The notes under the pieces: generated by a model
What the model saw: the letters and a program-made list of their open reading frames with translations, nothing else
Databases searched by the model: none
Told to the model about the DNA's origin: nothing
Made by a program: the position numbers and the translations under genes
Source: Candidatus Spongiisociaceae bacterium
GTDB taxonomy: Bacteria > Actinomycetota > Acidimicrobiia > Spongiisociales > Spongiisociaceae
Direction: 5' to 3'
Length of the DNA: 64,000 nt
Assembly: GCA_965262915.1 (NCBI GenBank)
Contig: OZ253564.1
Location: 1,984,001 to 2,048,000 of the forward strand
In this document: positions 9,556-19,433 of the stretch, one piece after another
Position numbering within the stretch: position 1 is the first letter of the stretch
Layout: the number at the start of each line of letters is the position of its first letter

Positions 9556-11069
9556 TGGAGCGGACCACCGGCAGCCTTGTCGACAAGGCTGCGGTGCTGT
9601 TCACGGACCGGCCCTGGCTCTACTACGACGGCGAGGTCACAACATTCGGAGAGCTCAAGGAGCGTTCGGATAGCGCCGCGGCCGAACTCCTGAAGCTCGG
9701 TGTCACCAGAGGCGATCGCGTCGTGTTCTGTGCCCCCAACAGTCCCGATCTCATCTTCCAGTGGCTCGGGGCGAACAAGGTTGGGGCTGCGTTCGTGCCG
9801 CTGAATCCAGCCGCTCCGGCGAATGACCTGGCCGGCGTAGTGCAACGGATCAGGCCCGGAGCCATGATCCTCGATGCCCGCGCCGAGGCTGCCGCCGACC
9901 TCGCCGATAGCCCTCCCGACGGAGTGGCTGTCGCAGGACTCGACGAGATCGCGGCCAGCCGAGACGCCCCTCGCTTTCTGCCCGAACTTGCTGCCGACGA
10001 CATCGCGGCATTGATAGCAACATCCGGCACGACAGGGGTAGCGAAGCTCGTGATGCATTCTCACGCCACGTACGTGCTCACCGCTGAGGGGTTCCCTTGG
10101 TGGCTCGGGCTGGGCGAAGCGGACCGGCTGATGACGTCGCTTCCGCTGTTCCATCTCAACGCCCAGGTGTACTCGACTCTCGGCTCTCTCGTCGCCGGCG
10201 CCGCGCTGGTGTTGCTGCCGCGGTTCTCGGCGTCACGATTCTGGGACGACGCCGCAGAGCATGGAGCCACGGAGGTCAACGTAATAGGCGCCATGCTCGA
10301 GATACTGATGCGCCGGCCCGAACGGGATGTGGAACGCAACCACAGTGTCAGGATTGTATACACCGCTCCCGCCTTCACTGAGGAGCGGCATAGGGAGATC
10401 GAGCAGCGATTCGGCACCAGCGTCGTCATCGGCTACGGGCTGTCCGAAAGTCCGTACGGGGCGATCTGGCCTCGGGGCGAGACGCCATACGGATCGATGG
10501 GCCGGCTGCGGCAACACCCTGAGCTGGGAGAGATCAACACAGCCCGAATCGTGAACGTAGAGGGTCTTGATGTCGCCGACGGCGAGACCGGGGAGCTGCT
10601 ACTGAATAACCCTGCCGTGATGCGGGGATACTTCGACATGCCGGAGGAGACGGCGGCGGCGCTCGAGGGCGGTTGGTTGCATACCGGCGACCTCGTCTAC
10701 GAGGACCGTGACGGATATCTGCACTTCGTGTCGCGCAAGAAGCATGTCATCCGGCGGCGCGGGGAAAACCTGTCGCCGGCAGAGGTCGAAGCTGTGCTCG
10801 ACGCTTGCCCGGCAGTCGTCGAGTCGGCCGTGATAGGTGTGGCATCGGAGTTGTCTGATGAAGACGTGAAGGCCTTTGTTATCCCGGATCACGATACGAC
10901 GGCAGTGGAGTTGTGGGAGTGGTGCACCGCGCGGCTAGCCCGGTTCAAGGTTCCTCGTTACATCGAGTTCGTCGAGAAGCTGCCGCACACTCCGACCCGG
11001 CGAATTGCAAAAGACGAGCTTCCGAGACAGCTCACCGGCCGGGAGCATGATGCGGAGCCCGGGACCTGA
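9555..11069 (+). CDS. AMP-dependent acyl-CoA ligase (CaiC-like)
   Basis: TSGTTGVAK, GYGLSE, WLHTGD, IRRRGENLS, LPHTPT.RI.K. Confidence 0.9.
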   Translation: MERTTGSLVDKAAVLFTDRPWLYYDGEVTTFGELKERSDSAAAELLKLGVTRGDRVVFCAPNSPDLIFQWLGANKVGAAFVPLNPAAPANDLAGVVQRIRPGAMILDARAEAAADLADSPPDGVAVAGLDEIAASRDAPRFLPELAADDIAALIATSGTTGVAKLVMHSHATYVLTAEGFPWWLGLGEADRLMTSLPLFHLNAQVYSTLGSLVAGAALVLLPRFSASRFWDDAAEHGATEVNVIGAMLEILMRRPERDVERNHSVRIVYTAPAFTEERHREIEQRFGTSVVIGYGLSESPYGAIWPRGETPYGSMGRLRQHPELGEINTARIVNVEGLDVADGETGELLLNNPAVMRGYFDMPEETAAALEGGWLHTGDLVYEDRDGYLHFVSRKKHVIRRRGENLSPAEVEAVLDACPAVVESAVIGVASELSDEDVKAFVIPDHDTTAVELWEWCTARLARFKVPRYIEFVEKLPHTPTRRIAKDELPRQLTGREHDAEPGT

Positions 11070-11072
11070 GGC

Positions 11073-11879
11073 TCATCTCTTCTCGGCCATTGCGCGCACG
11101 CGGGTGAAGGTCTCCCGGTAGGTGTCTCCATCGCGGGCCGCAGCCGATGTCTCTGCTACGGCGCGAGCGACGAATTCCGTGGCCTGGGGCTCGTCGAGGC
11201 GGGCTGTCCACGGCAACAACGTCTGGCTCACGAGCCACCCTACGTAATCGGGTTGCGTGAACTCTCGATGCTGGGTCACCAACTCGCATGTGACACCGAC
11301 AAACCCGGCATCTGCGAGCAGTGCCTCGTAGTCACGAGGGTCCGGGAAATACCACGGATTGCCCACGTCTCCCAGCGCCGAGGAAAAGTCCGGTGTTCCG
11401 GCGATCGAGGTCATGATTCCCACGGTCCGGGCTACGTTGCCGACCCCGCCGAACTCCGCGAGGAGGCGCCCGCCCCTGCGCAACGCCCGATGCAGCCCCG
11501 CCAGGAACACAGGATGGTCCGAGCCGGGGACCCAATGCAGCGCAGCTATCGAGGTCGCCACAGTGAACTGATCGACGAACGCGATGTCCTGGGCGCGACA
11601 GAGCTCAAAGCTGAGGTTGGGAAGAGATCGCTGTGACGCGGTCGACACCATGTCCGGTGCAGAGTCGATGCCAACGACGGCCGCGTCGGGGAACCGGGCC
11701 GCCAACGATGCGGAGACGGCGCCGTCACCACATCCGATGTCGAGCAAGCGGTCTCCGGGTCCGAGTGTGATCTCACTGAGAAATGCAGGGTCGTGGCGGC
11801 GATGATGTTCGGTATGCTCCCGGTACACGCTTCCCCGCCAGGCGTCGTGGAGGCTCGCCCCGCCCTCAGCCACCGGCAT
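11073..11879 (-). CDS. class I SAM-dependent methyltransferase (Tam-like)
   Basis: LLDIGCGDG, VVGIDSAPDM, AALHWV; start at ATG 11879 uncertain. Confidence 0.8.
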   Translation of the reverse strand: MPVAEGGASLHDAWRGSVYREHTEHHRRHDPAFLSEITLGPGDRLLDIGCGDGAVSASLAARFPDAAVVGIDSAPDMVSTASQRSLPNLSFELCRAQDIAFVDQFTVATSIAALHWVPGSDHPVFLAGLHRALRRGGRLLAEFGGVGNVARTVGIMTSIAGTPDFSSALGDVGNPWYFPDPRDYEALLADAGFVGVTCELVTQHREFTQPDYVGWLVSQTLLPWTARLDEPQATEFVARAVAETSAAARDGDTYRETFTRVRAMAEKR

Positions 11880-11959
11880 ACCGCTTCTGGACCTCGTCGC
11901 TCTCGAGAAGAGCTCTCGCATGGTGGGATTCGCTGGTCGTGCCACCACCGACGACGCGT

Positions 11960-12200
11960 GCTCCGCGGCTGATCTCGGGAGCCGTTGTGAGCTTCCTTTC
12001 CAGCATCAGTATGTGGCGCCGCGCAGCTTCACATCCGGCACCTGCTCCACGTGAACTCGACGAGAACGGGGCCAAGTCCGCCGGCCGGCTCGTCGAGCGG
12101 CAGGATATCGGGTTCGGTAATGAGGGCACGAACCAATCGCCACTATCTGCTGTTCACCGCCGGAGAGCAATCTGGCGTGAACGGTTTCTTTGCTCCTGCA
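11960..12200 (-). pseudogene. branched-chain amino acid ABC transporter ATPase (LivF-like) remnant
   Basis: LLSGGEQQIVAIG, then frameshifted ALITEPDILPLDEP..LAP; truncated. Confidence 0.6.
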
Positions 12201-12275
12201 GTTGCACCAGACAAGGTCTTTGGCCATCTGCGCAAGTTCGACGACCACTAGCCCGAGAGCAGCGAACGCATTCCA

Positions 12276-13676
12276 TCAATCGCCTCCTTGCCGGGCAGGG
12301 CGACGGACGATCGGGGGCGTCTTGTACCGAGCGTCTCCGAACTCGTCTTGTTGAATGAACGTGATCATGGTACGGACGATAAGGCGGGACCGAATCGCCG
12401 CCTCGATTTCTGCGGCGAGACCCGCAGGCGCAGTGGAACCCGACGGAACCTCGACCTCGACCGGTATGGGAGGTTCCACCGCAAACCCGGCGCCTTCCGG
12501 GAGAGCGACTCGGATCCTCCCGGTCACTGCCGGTTCGTACTCGGCGACTACCGCCTGGATGGCAGACGGATATACGTTCACACCCCTTACGATGAACATG
12601 TCGTCAGCACGGCCCTCGATTCGCAACTTGAAGCTCGTCCTCCCGCAGCCACACTCGATGCCCGTGATTCTGACGATGTCTCCGCTGCAAAACCGGATGA
12701 CGGGCACGGCCTCGCGAACGAGCGATGTGTACACCATCTCGCCTACCGCACCCTTCTCGATCTCGATCGGGACTCCGGTGTCGGGGTCGATCAACTCGGG
12801 CCACACGTAGCCCTGACCGCAGAAGTGCATGCCGTCTTTCATCGGGCACTCTCCGAACAATGAAGGGGTCACATCTCCGATTCCTGACGCCTCGGTGACA
12901 TCCGCGCCGAAAGCCTCTTCGATACGCTTTCTGATGGCCGGGATCCCGCCGCCCGGTTCTCCCCCGACGACGAGATGTCTGAGACCGGCGTCCGGTCCGG
13001 CGAGTCCGCGGTTCTCGAAGACCGAGGCGAGATACAGGGCGAAAGAAGGCGTTGCGAGCAACGTGTCGACGATGCCGGCGTCGCAAGCAGACAACACCCG
13101 CTCGAGGTCACCGGGCCCCACCGGCACCCGGCGCGCCCCGATCCGGTCGAGCGTCCAATGGGTGTGGCCGGCTACGAACGGCCCTGCCCCGAAGGTAGTC
13201 AGAACGGAGTGGTGCGGGTGGATCCCGGTGGCGTAGTACGAGCGAGCGCCGATTGCTGTCCAGGTCTCCAGATCCCGGTTGGTCATTGCGATCAAGCTCG
13301 GACGGCCCGACGACCCGCTCGTCTGGTACACGCGCTTGACGGCTGCCGGGTCGACGCCGAGATGTCCGCCAAACGGCGGGTGCTGCTTACGTGTTGCGAG
13401 CGTGTCGGCCTTCGACATGGTGGGCAGTTCTACCAGCTCCGTCACCGAAGACAAGCGGGCCGGGTCCACGCCCGCCTCGGCAAATCGTTCGCGGTAGAAC
13501 GGCGATCGGGCGACGATTCCCACAGCCTGCGCCCGCCAGGCGACATCGGCAACCGCGATGTTCTCTCCAGGCGACCGTGTCTCGCCCTCGCGGTCCCATA
13601 TCCAATCGAGCCCGCAGTCGTCCTCGAGCAGCGGGCCTGTCGTGGACGTAGGCCACGGCAATCCCGCGACGTTCAT
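12276..13676 (-). CDS. phenylacetate-CoA ligase family (PaaK-like) protein
   Basis: SPFYRERF, QTSGSSGRP, GGEPG, EAVPVIRF.SGD, GRADDMFIVRGVNVYPS. Confidence 0.85.
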   Translation of the reverse strand: MNVAGLPWPTSTTGPLLEDDCGLDWIWDREGETRSPGENIAVADVAWRAQAVGIVARSPFYRERFAEAGVDPARLSSVTELVELPTMSKADTLATRKQHPPFGGHLGVDPAAVKRVYQTSGSSGRPSLIAMTNRDLETWTAIGARSYYATGIHPHHSVLTTFGAGPFVAGHTHWTLDRIGARRVPVGPGDLERVLSACDAGIVDTLLATPSFALYLASVFENRGLAGPDAGLRHLVVGGEPGGGIPAIRKRIEEAFGADVTEASGIGDVTPSLFGECPMKDGMHFCGQGYVWPELIDPDTGVPIEIEKGAVGEMVYTSLVREAVPVIRFCSGDIVRITGIECGCGRTSFKLRIEGRADDMFIVRGVNVYPSAIQAVVAEYEPAVTGRIRVALPEGAGFAVEPPIPVEVEVPSGSTAPAGLAAEIEAAIRSRLIVRTMITFIQQDEFGDARYKTPPIVRRPARQGGD

Positions 13677-14824
13677 CCCAGGCCAGCGCCGTTGGCAAGG
13701 ATCGCTGTCGCCGTCGCCGTGTAAACACCGCCAAGGCCGTGCACGAAAGACAGCTTGGCGTCATCGATCTGGCGGTCGCCCGCGGAATGCGTTAGCTGGG
13801 CTACGGCTTCGAGAATGAGGTTCATGCCGAGCATGCCAGGATGCCGGTGGGACAACCCTCCGCCGTCCGTGTTCAGCGGCAGCGACCCTCCCGGCCGGGA
13901 CTTCTGGTCCTCCAGGAAGGCGCCTCCTTCTCCCTTGGCGCACAGGCCGATGTCCTCGACGGCGAATATGACCGCGATCGTGAACGGGTCGTAGAGCTGG
14001 AAGTGGTCGATGTCTTCGAGTCCAACCCGTGCCTTCTCGAGAGCGGCGGGCCCCGTCCATGCGCCGGGCGAAGTCACGAAATCGGGGAGCGCAGACATAT
14101 AGCGCGCCACGTGCGCCTCTGAGGCGCCGAGCAAGTAGATAGGGTTCTCCGTCAGATCGGCCGCCCGTTCAGGGGAGGTGACAACGAGGGCGCCCCCGCC
14201 GTCCGTGACGAGACAGCAGTCGAGTCGGTGGAGGGGAGAAGCGATCATCGGAGAATCGAGGACATCGTCGATGGTGATGGGCTTCCGCATCTTCGCCGCC
14301 GGATTCAGGCCCGCCCAACTGCGGGCAGAGACCGCAACTTCGGCGAGTTGCTCCGGGGTTGTGCCGAACTCGTACATATGCCGCTGAGCTTGCATCGCGT
14401 ATCCGGCAATCGGCCAGAGGGGTCCGTAAGGGATCTCGTACGCCAGCGGTTCGGACATTGACTTGACGAAGCGGCTTCCTATCGACCGTTGCGTACTGCC
14501 GTATGCAATGAGGCCCATTGTCATCTCGCCGACACGGATGGCGGCGGAGGCGTGCCGGAGATGGGCCACGAATGAGCAGCCCCCGATCGTCGTCGAGTCG
14601 CTGTATCGCGGAGTGATCCCGAGGTACTCGCCGAGGTTCAGCGTTGGCATGTAGTAGAACGACGACGCGCTGAACAGCCCGTCGATCTCGGCTTTCTCCA
14701 CCCCCGCATCCAGGATCGCCTCGGCGCCGGCCTCGGCCATCAGCCCGGCGGGCGTGAGCTTTCCCGAGTCCTGGGATGAGGCGTGGGCGGCGCCGACGAT
14801 GGCAAGGATGGGCTCACCCGGCAT
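13673..14824 (-). CDS. thiolase, SCP-x/lipid-transfer type
   Basis: IGGCSF, LDCCLVTDGGGA, QLYDPFT, NTDGGGLSH.HPG. Confidence 0.85.
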   Translation of the reverse strand: MPGEPILAIVGAAHASSQDSGKLTPAGLMAEAGAEAILDAGVEKAEIDGLFSASSFYYMPTLNLGEYLGITPRYSDSTTIGGCSFVAHLRHASAAIRVGEMTMGLIAYGSTQRSIGSRFVKSMSEPLAYEIPYGPLWPIAGYAMQAQRHMYEFGTTPEQLAEVAVSARSWAGLNPAAKMRKPITIDDVLDSPMIASPLHRLDCCLVTDGGGALVVTSPERAADLTENPIYLLGASEAHVARYMSALPDFVTSPGAWTGPAALEKARVGLEDIDHFQLYDPFTIAVIFAVEDIGLCAKGEGGAFLEDQKSRPGGSLPLNTDGGGLSHRHPGMLGMNLILEAVAQLTHSAGDRQIDDAKLSFVHGLGGVYTATATAILANGAGLG

Positions 14825-15245
14825 CGGCCATCTCCTCGACAGAGGCAAACACAGGTACGTCGAAGTCCTCCCCGATGGAAGCCCACCGCACCTCGACGGC
14901 CATCCCTATGTGGATATCGTCGCTTCCGACGACTCGAGACAGAAGCCGAGGGCCCTCGGACAGTTCGACCATCGCGACGATGTACGGTCGCTGGCCCGCG
15001 AAACCGGGAGCGTCGCGGTGCTGGACCGTGTATGTGAACACCGTTCCGCGGCCGGAGGCTTCCACCCAATCGGGCGACGCGGCCAGGCACTCTTTGCAGA
15101 TGGATCGCGGGGGGAACTGGTATTCGTCGCACTCCGCACATTGCTGGATCATGAGCCGGTGCGTGCGGCAGTGCTCGAACCAGACGGCCTCTTCGCCCGT
15201 GGCTGGGGGTATGGGCGCCGGGTAGTCGAATTCTCCCTGCGTCAC
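14814..15245 (-). CDS. Zn-ribbon/OB-fold (DUF35) thiolase partner
   Basis: CAEC...FPPRSICKEC, GRGTVFTYTV, VELSEGPR. Confidence 0.9.
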   Translation of the reverse strand: MTQGEFDYPAPIPPATGEEAVWFEHCRTHRLMIQQCAECDEYQFPPRSICKECLAASPDWVEASGRGTVFTYTVQHRDAPGFAGQRPYIVAMVELSEGPRLLSRVVGSDDIHIGMAVEVRWASIGEDFDVPVFASVEEMADAG

Positions 15246-16624
15246 GACGTAGCCAGCCTGAAGCCGCCCAGGGCCAGCAGGGAGAACCCGCTCTCGAAGG
15301 CAGTCCTTATCGTGGCCATGTCCTCGTCCGTGATGGCCGTCGAGATCGTCATCAACAGCCGGTTCGGGGCCACAAAGACCCCATCGCCGAGCATCGAGAG
15401 GAAGAGTAGTTCGAGGGGGAGCTTCGGCAGTGCCGCCGAATCCCGAAACGACCGGGGCGGTGTGGTTCCGGCGTGCACCTGCACGACACTCCCATACCCG
15501 GTTGCGACGAGTGGGAGATCGCGTTCGCGACAGGTGCGATTGATCCAGTCGCGCAGGTCGTCGCCAAGCCCATTGATCCGCTCCGCCGCCTCGGGTGTGA
15601 GGGCCTGGAGCGTGTGCAAGCCGGCGGCCATCGTGAGCGGGTTGGCGTTGAACGTCCCGGCGTGCATCAAGGCGTCCGGGTTACGCGGATCGGCCACAGC
15701 CATGACGTCGGCACGGCCGCCGAAGGCGCCGACCGGTGTACCCCCGCCGATGATCTTGCCCATTGCCGTTAGGTCCGGATAGACGCCGATCTCACCCTGA
15801 AGGCCGCCGTAGCCGAGGCGCAACGTCATCACCTCGTCGAAGATCAGGAGGCAACCTGCACGCTCGCAGGCGTCGCGGACGGCTTCGAGATAACCCGGTT
15901 CAGCGCGAATCGCACCGGCCGACCCCTGCATCGGTTCGATCATCAAGGCAGCCGATCGGGGGCCGACCTCGTCGATTATCCGCACGGCCGTCTCCGTGTC
16001 ATTGAACGGAATGATGTGGGTTTGGTGGGCAGTTCCGGGATGTATTCCGGTCTCGACGACGCTCTCATTGGCGTCCTCCCCCATGTGCTTCACCGAGACC
16101 TGGGCGGCTTCGAACCCGCCGTGGTAACCGCCCTCGACCTTGATGATGTCGTTGCGGCCGGTGAATGCCCTCGCCGCGCGAATCGCGTAGAGGCACGCCT
16201 CAGTTCCCGAGTTGGCGAACCTGACCTGATCGACGGCCTCCATTCGACCCACCATCTCCTCGGCCAGCAGCACCTCGTTTTCCGTCGGTGTGCCGAAAGC
16301 CACGCCTTTGTCCACTTGCTCGGCGATGCGCCGGCGCGACTCGTCGGTGAGATGCCCGTGTACCAGGCTCGTGTAGTTGTTGACGAGATCGAGATGCGTC
16401 AGACCGTCGACGTCGTAGAGCCATTGCGCCTCGGCCGACTCCACGTAGAAGGGAAAGGGCTCGAAGTAGAGCTGGGACCGCGAGTTTCCGCCGGGCAGCG
16501 CTTTGAGCCCGCGCTGGTAGAGCTCCTCCGAGCGGGGGTGGGCGGATGCATATTCGCCCTGCAGTTCGGGCAGGAGACCTTCGAGTGCCCCGAGACTGAA
16601 CTCTTGGGTTGGCTGCAGGGTCAC
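15242..16624 (-). CDS. class III aminotransferase (GSA-aminomutase-like)
   Basis: LPGGNSRS, FANSGTEA, LIFDEVMT, GKIIGGG (PLP Lys), GTFNANP. Confidence 0.9.
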   Translation of the reverse strand: MTLQPTQEFSLGALEGLLPELQGEYASAHPRSEELYQRGLKALPGGNSRSQLYFEPFPFYVESAEAQWLYDVDGLTHLDLVNNYTSLVHGHLTDESRRRIAEQVDKGVAFGTPTENEVLLAEEMVGRMEAVDQVRFANSGTEACLYAIRAARAFTGRNDIIKVEGGYHGGFEAAQVSVKHMGEDANESVVETGIHPGTAHQTHIIPFNDTETAVRIIDEVGPRSAALMIEPMQGSAGAIRAEPGYLEAVRDACERAGCLLIFDEVMTLRLGYGGLQGEIGVYPDLTAMGKIIGGGTPVGAFGGRADVMAVADPRNPDALMHAGTFNANPLTMAAGLHTLQALTPEAAERINGLGDDLRDWINRTCRERDLPLVATGYGSVVQVHAGTTPPRSFRDSAALPKLPLELLFLSMLGDGVFVAPNRLLMTISTAITDEDMATIRTAFESGFSLLALGGFRLATS

Positions 16625-17490
16625 GCTACCACCGACTCGGTCAGGGTCTCATACAGGTCAGGCCGCCGGTACTTGTAGAAGTTGAGGGCCTTGCGGCTGT
16701 CTGCAACGTACTCCGGGTCGATGTCTGCGTAGATGATTCCGTCCTGATCGTCCGCGCGCTCGATCCGAATTCCCTCTGGATCGAAGAAGACCGACCGTCC
16801 TGGAAAGGAACCTTCGAGGCCGGGGCCCGTCAGCGGCCCGACCTTGTTGATGCCGGCCACATAGAGCGTGTTGGACCATGCCATCGCCTGCAGTCCCGGC
16901 TCCCACATCGTCTCGATGACGAACTTCCGGTATGAAGCGGTCGGCACGAAGATGATGTTGGCACCCTTGATTCCCAGCGTTCTCGGGCCTTCGGGGAAGT
17001 GGCGGTCGTAGCAAATGACGATGCCGACGTTGAGACCGAGCGACGTCTCCCACACGTTGAATCCGGTATCGCCGGGAGAGAAATACCACGCCTCGTCGGC
17101 GCCGCGCTGGCCCTTCCGGGCCCTTGAGGTAGGCACGTGCGACTTGCGGTAGATCATCTGCAACCCATCGACGGGGTCGATCATCGTTGCGGTGTTGTAG
17201 CGGATATCCCCCACTGCTTCGTACAGAGGGAAGACGACATGCATATCGTTGGCGGCGGCCGCGGCCTCGATTCTCTCCGTGCTCGGGCCCGGGATGGTCT
17301 CTGCGAGGTCGAGCCGGGCGGCGTTGCGGTGGTCAAAGCAGAAGTACGTCGTAGTCGCAAGCTCGTGGAAGGCAATCATCTTCGCCCCTGAAGCAGAGGC
17401 CTCGGCGATTTGCTTCTCGATCATCGTGAGGTTCTGATCGGCATCATCGGTCGATGCGAATTGGCCCAAGGCCACTTTGATCGCCGGCAT
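16621..17490 (-). CDS. carbon-nitrogen hydrolase (beta-ureidopropionase/N-carbamoylase-like)
   Basis: E-K-C triad: FHEL, YRKSH, ICYDRHFPE; RRPDLY tail. Confidence 0.85.
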   Translation of the reverse strand: MPAIKVALGQFASTDDADQNLTMIEKQIAEASASGAKMIAFHELATTTYFCFDHRNAARLDLAETIPGPSTERIEAAAAANDMHVVFPLYEAVGDIRYNTATMIDPVDGLQMIYRKSHVPTSRARKGQRGADEAWYFSPGDTGFNVWETSLGLNVGIVICYDRHFPEGPRTLGIKGANIIFVPTASYRKFVIETMWEPGLQAMAWSNTLYVAGINKVGPLTGPGLEGSFPGRSVFFDPEGIRIERADDQDGIIYADIDPEYVADSRKALNFYKYRRPDLYETLTESVVA

Positions 17491-17789
17491 GCCACCCTCC
17501 TCGAAAAGTTTGGTAATGCGGATCTTACCCTCCCGCTAAGCACAGAATCACCGAATCTCGGACCAGACACCGGTGCACGTAGCCTCCGACACGGGCGTCC
17601 CGCGCTGGGGTCGACCGTGCCCACCCGAAGGCGATCTCTCCACCGCTCCACCTTCTGCGTCCTCGCCGGACAGGAAGAGAGCCTTCCGGTGGATGACGAT
17701 ACCTCGACAGCGGTCATGGAGTTCATGCGCCACTTCATTACCCGAGACGGCGGCGCTCGTGGGCCTCTCCAAACGGTGAGCCGTAGGGC

Positions 17790-19157
17790 TCAGTCGCGCG
17801 GAGCCGAGCCGATATACGTGCCCGTCGGATTGTCGCCCGTCGCATCGCCTACACGGACCGCAACAACACCGCGTCGCACGACGTCACGAGGGAAGCCGCT
17901 GGAAGACAGCGACTCGTACAGCGAGTAGTCGGCCTTGCCGTGCAGGTTCTCCGGGACGATGGGCCTTGAGGGCGCTTCCTTTGGTATCACGACGAGGTCC
18001 GCATCAGAGCCGACGCGAATGGCACCCTTGCTCGGGTAGATATTGTGAACCTTCGCCGCGTTGGTGGCGGTGAGGCGGGCGACGTCCTCGATCGAGATAC
18101 GTCCCGCTTCGAACCCCAGGCTGTAGATGAGAGGGAGCATGGGCTCCACTCCCCCGATGCCACCGTATGTGGCGTCGAGTATGTCGTCGGTTGCCAGCTT
18201 GACTTTCGTCGACTTCGGCGAGTGGTCGCTGCTGATGTGACTCAGCAATCCTTCCTCGGTCACCGCCCAGATCGCGGCAATGTCCGCTTCCTCCTTGAGC
18301 GGCGGGCCCACCTTGCCGAGCGGTCCCCTTGCAAGTACCTCCGCATTGGTGAGAGCCAGGTAGTGAGGCTGTGTCTCGCTCTCGATCCGGGCTCCGTAGG
18401 GACCCGCTTTGAGTTGGCGCAGCATAGCGGCGCCCTCCTTTGAGGTGAGATGGACGAAAAGGAGCCGTGTGCCGGTGAGCCCGGCGAAGGTTGCGGCGCG
18501 GAACATCCCCTCGGCCTCGAACACACCCGGCTGAGCCCGGAGGAGGCTTCCGTTGTCGACACCGCGCCGCCGCTCGATGCTCTCGAGGTAGTCGATACCG
18601 CCACCGTTCTCCGCGTGGATCATCGTGAGGCCGCCGACATCCGCCACTGTCGCCATCATGCGCATCAGATGCTCGTCGTCGAACATCAGTCCCTTCTTGT
18701 TGTAGGCGACCATCGCCTTGTAGGACATCACACGGATGTCGGCACCACCCCTGACGGCCCCCTCGATGTCGTCACCGGGCAGAAGCAGGCCATTCATGAA
18801 GAAGTCACTATGTGCCTCGGCATTGCCGTAGTCGATGAGACTGCGCATCACCGCGACGATGTCCTTCTGCGGCGTGCGCTGTACGAACACACCCAGAGTG
18901 GTCACGCCGCCCATGAGCCCGGAAGCGCTAGCGTCGACGAGGTCGTCGAGGATCGGCTCCATCGTCGAGTAGCCCTCCAGAGATACGTGAATGTGCGGAT
19001 CGATGGCCCCCGGCAGAACCCAGCAGTCCGTGGCGTCGAGAAGAACGTCGCCGTCGAAACCGTCTCCGATTCTGACGATGACGCCGTCGGAGATCGCGAT
19101 ATCGCCTTCGACGACGCCGTTCTCGGTAACGATGCTGCCGCCGCGCACGAGTGTCAT
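17790..19157 (-). CDS. dihydropyrimidinase/hydantoinase-family cyclic amidohydrolase
   Basis: PGAIDPHIH, GGVTT, SYKAM (carbamylated Lys position), IHAEN, ETQPHYL, SDHSP, GSDADLV. Confidence 0.85.
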   Translation of the reverse strand: MTLVRGGSIVTENGVVEGDIAISDGVIVRIGDGFDGDVLLDATDCWVLPGAIDPHIHVSLEGYSTMEPILDDLVDASASGLMGGVTTLGVFVQRTPQKDIVAVMRSLIDYGNAEAHSDFFMNGLLLPGDDIEGAVRGGADIRVMSYKAMVAYNKKGLMFDDEHLMRMMATVADVGGLTMIHAENGGGIDYLESIERRRGVDNGSLLRAQPGVFEAEGMFRAATFAGLTGTRLLFVHLTSKEGAAMLRQLKAGPYGARIESETQPHYLALTNAEVLARGPLGKVGPPLKEEADIAAIWAVTEEGLLSHISSDHSPKSTKVKLATDDILDATYGGIGGVEPMLPLIYSLGFEAGRISIEDVARLTATNAAKVHNIYPSKGAIRVGSDADLVVIPKEAPSRPIVPENLHGKADYSLYESLSSSGFPRDVVRRGVVAVRVGDATGDNPTGTYIGSAPRD

Positions 19158-19189
19158 GAGTCCCTCCGGATGAGTCGACCTGTGGATTC

Positions 19190-19429
19190 GGATGCCAAGT
19201 AGGTGTGCCCGTCGGTGTCCGTCAGTCGGCACCCGTCAGCGCTCGTGGCTTGGTAGGGATGTGGCCAGAAGTACAACCGGGTGCGGCTGTTGCAGCCGGG
19301 TAGAACGTCGACCACCCGGCCCTGGAGTTTCCCGGACCTCGGGCGCGCTCCTGCGTATTCGAGGTGCACCGACTCGATTGCTGCACGGGGCACGCGCTCG
19401 GCGAAGAGCGATTCGGAAGCGACGACCAT
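19190..19429 (-). pseudogene. N-terminal remnant of a second class III aminotransferase
   Basis: EYAGARPRSGKL..RVVDVLPGCNSRTRLYFWPHPY...LTDTDGHTYL aligns with the N-terminus of 15242..16624. Confidence 0.7.
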
Positions 19430-19433
19430 AGCT

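Noticed and set aside
15242-16624. Calling the aminotransferase hemL
   Set aside because: GSA-like fold, but a catabolic context with no tetrapyrrole genes; symbol withheld.
17500-17780. Possible gene fragment between the nitrilase and dihydropyrimidinase genes
   Set aside because: No motif convincing enough to assign in any frame.
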